Shown piece after piece: positions 26,682 to 29,991 of a DNA stretch of 29,991 nt. The stretch lies in IMG/VR virus record IMGVR_UViG_3300020138_000097, positions 1 through 29,991 of that record; one strand, 5' to 3'. Each line of letters begins with the position of its first letter. The stretch's first letter is position 1. Below the pieces are notes generated by a model. It searched no databases, had not been told where the DNA came from, and saw nothing but the letters and a program-made list of their open reading frames with translations. Origin of the DNA: a virus. Its lineage: Duplodnaviria; Caudoviricetes. The position numbers and the translations under genes were made by a program.

Positions 26682-26909
26682 ATGGGCGTTGAAGTCATTT
26701 CCATGCTGACCCTGACGCTGACGGTGATGATCCACCTTGTCAGCACGGTCTGGTGGGCGGCCAGCATCACACGGCGCGTGGAGCACATCGAAAAATGGAT
26801 CGGCCATAACGAACACACGGCCGAACGGCTGGCCGCGCTGGAGCAGCGCATCGACCATTTGAACGGCGGCATCAACCGCATCGAGCTTTTCCTGCGCCAA
26901 AGACCCTGA
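26682..26909 (+). CDS. Single-TM coiled-coil lysis-region protein (holin/antiholin-like)
   Basis: One N-terminal hydrophobic helix, then ERLAALEQRIDHLNGGINRIE, directly before the endolysin. Confidence 0.6.
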   Translation: MGVEVISMLTLTLTVMIHLVSTVWWAASITRRVEHIEKWIGHNEHTAERLAALEQRIDHLNGGINRIELFLRQRP

Positions 26910-26924
26910 ACGGAGACATCCATC

Positions 26925-27368
26925 ATGCACAGTTTTTTACTGCCCCGGGGCATCCGCAACAACAACCCCGGCAATATCCGCCTGAGCGCGACGCGCTGGC
27001 AAGGCCAGAAACCGATCCAGCAGGACACCGAATTCGTCGAGTTTGAAAATCCGCAAGACGGCATCCGCGCGTTGATGAAGCTTTTACTGACCTACCAGCG
27101 CAAATACGGCCTCGATACCGTGGAGAGCATCATCAACCGTTATGCCCCGCCGCATGAAAACGCAACCGATCATTATATCCACCATGTCTGCAAGAAGCTG
27201 GGCGTGCGGCGGCGCGATGTCATTTCGCTGGAGAACCGCGCCTTGCTGTGCCTGCTGGCCAAAGCGATCATTCACCATGAAAACGGCGCGCCGCCGTCCG
27301 CCATGCCCCGCGACTGGTTCGAGCCCGCGGTTTACGCCGCGGCGATGAACGCCCTGCCCCTTCCCTGA
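26925..27368 (+). CDS. Putative endolysin (PM2 P5-like, lysozyme-like family)
   Basis: PRGIRNNNPGNIR, GIRALMKLLLTY, IINRYAPPHEN and IIHHENG motifs. GGAG RBS. Confidence 0.85.
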   Translation: MHSFLLPRGIRNNNPGNIRLSATRWQGQKPIQQDTEFVEFENPQDGIRALMKLLLTYQRKYGLDTVESIINRYAPPHENATDHYIHHVCKKLGVRRRDVISLENRALLCLLAKAIIHHENGAPPSAMPRDWFEPAVYAAAMNALPLP

Positions 27369-27388
27369 AAAAACAAAGGATAACCGCC

Positions 27389-27598
27389 ATGAAAAGACTT
27401 TTGGACTTTTTGCTCGCCCGCGCCAGAGAACGCTCGACCTGGCTGGGCCTGATCTCCCTTATCACCGCGCTGGGAGTGACACTGACAGAAATGCAGAGCG
27501 AGGCCATCATCGCCGCCGGCATGTCGCTCGCGGGCATCGTCGCCGTTTTCACGACGGACAAGAACGATGGTAATGATAATGACGGCGCCGCCGCATGA
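27389..27598 (+). CDS. Putative holin (2 TM)
   Basis: RARERSTWLGLISLITALGV..AIIAAGMSLAGIVAVF, with AAAGGA RBS. Confidence 0.75.
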   Translation: MKRLLDFLLARARERSTWLGLISLITALGVTLTEMQSEAIIAAGMSLAGIVAVFTTDKNDGNDNDGAAA

Positions 27599-27801
27599 CC
27601 GTGCTGTTCGCCTACGGCCTGCCGCTCGGCTTCCTTCTAGCGCTTTGCTGTTATTTTGCCTGGCGCGCAGGACGCGGCGAGGGAGCGACGGCGCAAAAAA
27701 ACCTGGAAGACATAAAGGATAAGGATGCGCGCGTTATCGAAGACCGTTTGCGCCGTGATGCTGCTTATGCAAGGCGCGTGCGCCAGCGTTTCACACGGTA
27801 G
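27595..27801 (+). CDS. Putative inner-membrane spanin (Rz-like)
   Basis: ATGA overlap, N-terminal TM, then a short charged helix ending in RFTR. Confidence 0.65.
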   Translation: MTVLFAYGLPLGFLLALCCYFAWRAGRGEGATAQKNLEDIKDKDARVIEDRLRRDAAYARRVRQRFTR

Positions 27802-27913
27802 TTTTTGCAGGTTGTATACGCCGGTTTATACGGCGCCGGCCGATACGGAGGCCACCTTGCAACAGACAGACCGCAACAATGCGCTCTGGCTGCATTTTTG
27901 CAGCGGCGAATAG
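27725..27913 (+). CDS. Putative outer-membrane spanin lipoprotein (Rz1-like)
   Basis: Overlaps the 3' end of the i-spanin in another frame. Signal with an imperfect lipobox (LLMQGA-C), then GSFC..P..DT..T.QQ..NNALW..FC. Confidence 0.65.
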   Translation: MRALSKTVCAVMLLMQGACASVSHGSFCRLYTPVYTAPADTEATLQQTDRNNALWLHFCSGE

Positions 27914-27932
27914 CGCCCGAGGATCGTAAAGG

Positions 27933-28538
27933 TCAGATCCCGCCGAATTGGGCGTGATGCATCATGACCTTCAGCAGCGTTTTTTCGAGCGTTTTGTGGT
28001 TGCCCCTGGCAGCGTAATCGCGGGCGGTCTGGCCTTTGCGGTCTTCCGCCAGCGTATCGGCGCCGGCCGCGATCAGAATGCCCGCCATGCGGGTATCGCC
28101 GCGCGCGGCGGCCAGATGCAACAGGCCCTGCCCCGTCAGACGGTCGGCCACGTCGCGGCGGGCCCCCTGCGCCAGCAGCCAGGCGGCAATGTCGTGATGG
28201 CCCTGCTGCACCGCATAGTAAAGCGCGGTATAGCCGAAGGGATGCAAGGGCGCATCCATCACCGCGCCGCTTCGCACCAGGAATTTCACCATCTCGAAAC
28301 GACCGAAAAAGGCCGCTTCATGCAGCGGCCGCCGGCCTTCGTCGTCGGGAAAGTCGATTTCCCCGCCGGCAAGCATGATGACCTCGGCGCTGAGGGTATC
28401 GCCTTCGCGCGCGAGTTCATGCATGAAGCTTTGGCCGATGTGACGGTGGGACGGTTGGCCCAGCACATCCGCGAACCTGGGTATATCGAGGTTGAAGTTA
28501 TATGCCAGAAGATCAGTCATGACAGACGATGTCGTCAT
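27933..28538 (-). CDS. Ankyrin-repeat protein
   Basis: GRRPLHEAAFFG, GYTALYYAVQQG, GLLHLAAARG and GQTARDYA repeats. Confidence 0.92.
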   Translation of the reverse strand: MTTSSVMTDLLAYNFNLDIPRFADVLGQPSHRHIGQSFMHELAREGDTLSAEVIMLAGGEIDFPDDEGRRPLHEAAFFGRFEMVKFLVRSGAVMDAPLHPFGYTALYYAVQQGHHDIAAWLLAQGARRDVADRLTGQGLLHLAAARGDTRMAGILIAAGADTLAEDRKGQTARDYAARGNHKTLEKTLLKVMMHHAQFGGI

Positions 28539-28683
28539 CTGCGGCCCCCTTTCGCTGGAAACGTCGGCACACTATATCTGGTAGATGTCTTCATTATACA
28601 CCACAAGATGATGAATAAAAAGTTAACAATGCCTTTCTTTATCTAAAAGATTCAAAGACTTAATATTGTCATATTGCGCGTTT

Positions 28684-28707
28684 CCGGCCTTCGGGCCGGC
28701 TTTTTTT
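28684..28707 (+). terminator. Rho-independent terminator with UUCG tetraloop
   Basis: CCGGCC-TTCG-GGCCGG-C-T7. Confidence 0.8.
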
Positions 28708-28782
28708 GTGCCTGTTTTTAAATCGTTTGATAAAAAATTATTTCAAAAAATATGATTTTTTTGAAATACTTATTTAAATTAT

Positions 28783-28812
28783 TTGACATGAATTTTGACA
28801 CTGCATTACTCT
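28783..28812 (+). promoter_or_regulatory. Possible sigma70 promoter of the M48 peptidase gene
   Basis: TTGACA (28783), 18-nt spacer, TACTCT, with an AT-rich upstream region. A second TTGACA lies at 28795. Confidence 0.45.
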
Positions 28813-28848
28813 ATAAGACATAAGCCTGAATAACCTTATGGGAAACAA

Positions 28849-29991
28849 ATGCCTACCGCCGGCCCCAGTGGATATATCGATAAAAAAACGGGAGAGCTGC
28901 GCCGGCTGCAAACCCTGCGCGACTATTTATTGACCGAAGCACTGCCTGCTGCCGCCCATATGGGTTTGCTGGGACTTAAAAGCGCGATCGTCTATACCGT
29001 TTTTGGGCCGGGCGGCCTGATCGTGCCCGCCGCAGGCTATCTGCTCACGCGGCAAAACGTCCTGGCCGGCGCCACGCGAAGCCATGAGGCGAAATACAAC
29101 AGCCCCTTCAAGTCCGATGCTCTATCCGTGCGCTTTGACTTAACGCAAGAAAAAGACCGACAGGAATACATGCGCCGCTACGGCGGGCTGCAGCCGAACC
29201 TGTTGACCGATGTTTTGCACATAGCCAAAACGATCGGCCTGAACGAACTGCCTACCGTTGAGATCATCGATCCCGCCCGTTTTGATGTTGCGAAGAACGA
29301 ACTGGAACTGCGCAACCTGCATGCCGGCATTGCCATGACCTGCCGTCCCGACGGCAAGCGTCCCGTGCTGATGTTCGGCGCGGGCGCAATGGAAAATATC
29401 GCACCCGATGAAATGCGTGGTATTGTGGCGCACGAAATGACGCATGCGAAACTGAACCATCCCCGTCAGAAATATCTGCACACGGCCCGCATGGCGGGCA
29501 ACACGATATTGAACGTTTTTTTGTTCGGCGCAACGTTGCTCGGCGCGCTGCCGCTTTTGCCGACACTGGGATTCATTGTCGTCACCGGCCTGGCACAACA
29601 GGCCGTTGAAAGTATCCGCAGCCGCCGACGGGAGCACCTTTGCGACCAAGGCGCGGCGTTGATCACGGGACATACAAAAGAATTTACCAGCGGCCTGAAC
29701 AAGGTATCGAAGTCGCTTTCATATCTACGCACTTTCATGATTAACCGCGAGCGCCTGAAAAAAGGCTTGCCCTCTATGGAGCCCGCGGAAACGGGCAAGC
29801 TGCTGAAGTTCATTTTCGCAACCCACCCCGATGACGCCCCGCGCCTGAAGCGCGTTGCCGATTTTGGCAAAAAATATCCCGATTTCTGCACGCTGCAAAA
29901 AAGCAAATTTGCCGCAACCTTCAATGCGGTCGCCACGTATGAAAAGAAAAAACCGCCCCAGCCCGCAAGGGCGCCGCAGCGGCTTTTGTAA
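28849..29991 (+). CDS. M48-family (HtpX-like) membrane zinc metallopeptidase
   Basis: GIVAHEMTH (HExxH), TM hairpin, SRRREHLCD third-ligand motif and FATHP. Confidence 0.9.
   Translation: MPTAGPSGYIDKKTGELRRLQTLRDYLLTEALPAAAHMGLLGLKSAIVYTVFGPGGLIVPAAGYLLTRQNVLAGATRSHEAKYNSPFKSDALSVRFDLTQEKDRQEYMRRYGGLQPNLLTDVLHIAKTIGLNELPTVEIIDPARFDVAKNELELRNLHAGIAMTCRPDGKRPVLMFGAGAMENIAPDEMRGIVAHEMTHAKLNHPRQKYLHTARMAGNTILNVFLFGATLLGALPLLPTLGFIVVTGLAQQAVESIRSRRREHLCDQGAALITGHTKEFTSGLNKVSKSLSYLRTFMINRERLKKGLPSMEPAETGKLLKFIFATHPDDAPRLKRVADFGKKYPDFCTLQKSKFAATFNAVATYEKKKPPQPARAPQRLL

Larger units (their letters stand above)
6022..27913 (+). mobile_element. GTA-like (domesticated siphovirus-type) head-tail-lysis gene cluster
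   Basis: Complete morphogenesis and lysis gene order with overlapping start/stop codons. No integrase, repressor, replication genes or att repeats in the window, and host-type genes on both sides. Confidence 0.8.

Noticed and set aside
6022-27913. Intact temperate prophage
   Set aside because: No integrase, repressor, replication genes, tRNA target or att direct repeats were seen on either side. A decayed prophage remnant cannot be fully excluded.
6022-27913. Tailocin or contractile injection system
   Set aside because: Capsid, portal and terminase are present, and no sheath or contractile baseplate genes are seen.

Overview
GC-rich, alphaproteobacterial-looking chromosomal DNA. Its centre (6022-27913) is a compact ~22 kb phage-like morphogenesis cluster, almost all on the + strand. 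In order it carries small and large terminase, HK97-type portal, a fibre module, prohead protease, major capsid, a decoration protein, neck, TP901-1-type tail tube, tail chaperones, a very short tape measure protein, a lambda-like tail tip, a tail fibre and a holin/endolysin/spanin cassette. I see no integrase, repressor, replication genes or att-like repeats. Head, neck and tube proteins resemble the RcGTA-type gene transfer agent family. The terminase looks chimeric, the tail tip is not the RcGTA type, and fibre and lysis genes are built in, so this is a candidate distinct GTA-like system. Cargo interrupts the cluster at three places: a decayed higB with intact higA, a membrane protein plus a Sel1 protein, and a small orphan gene with a CtrA-like box. 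The flanks encode four ankyrin-repeat proteins, two secreted proteins and an M48 peptidase. All family assignments come from motif recognition by eye, not from database searches.
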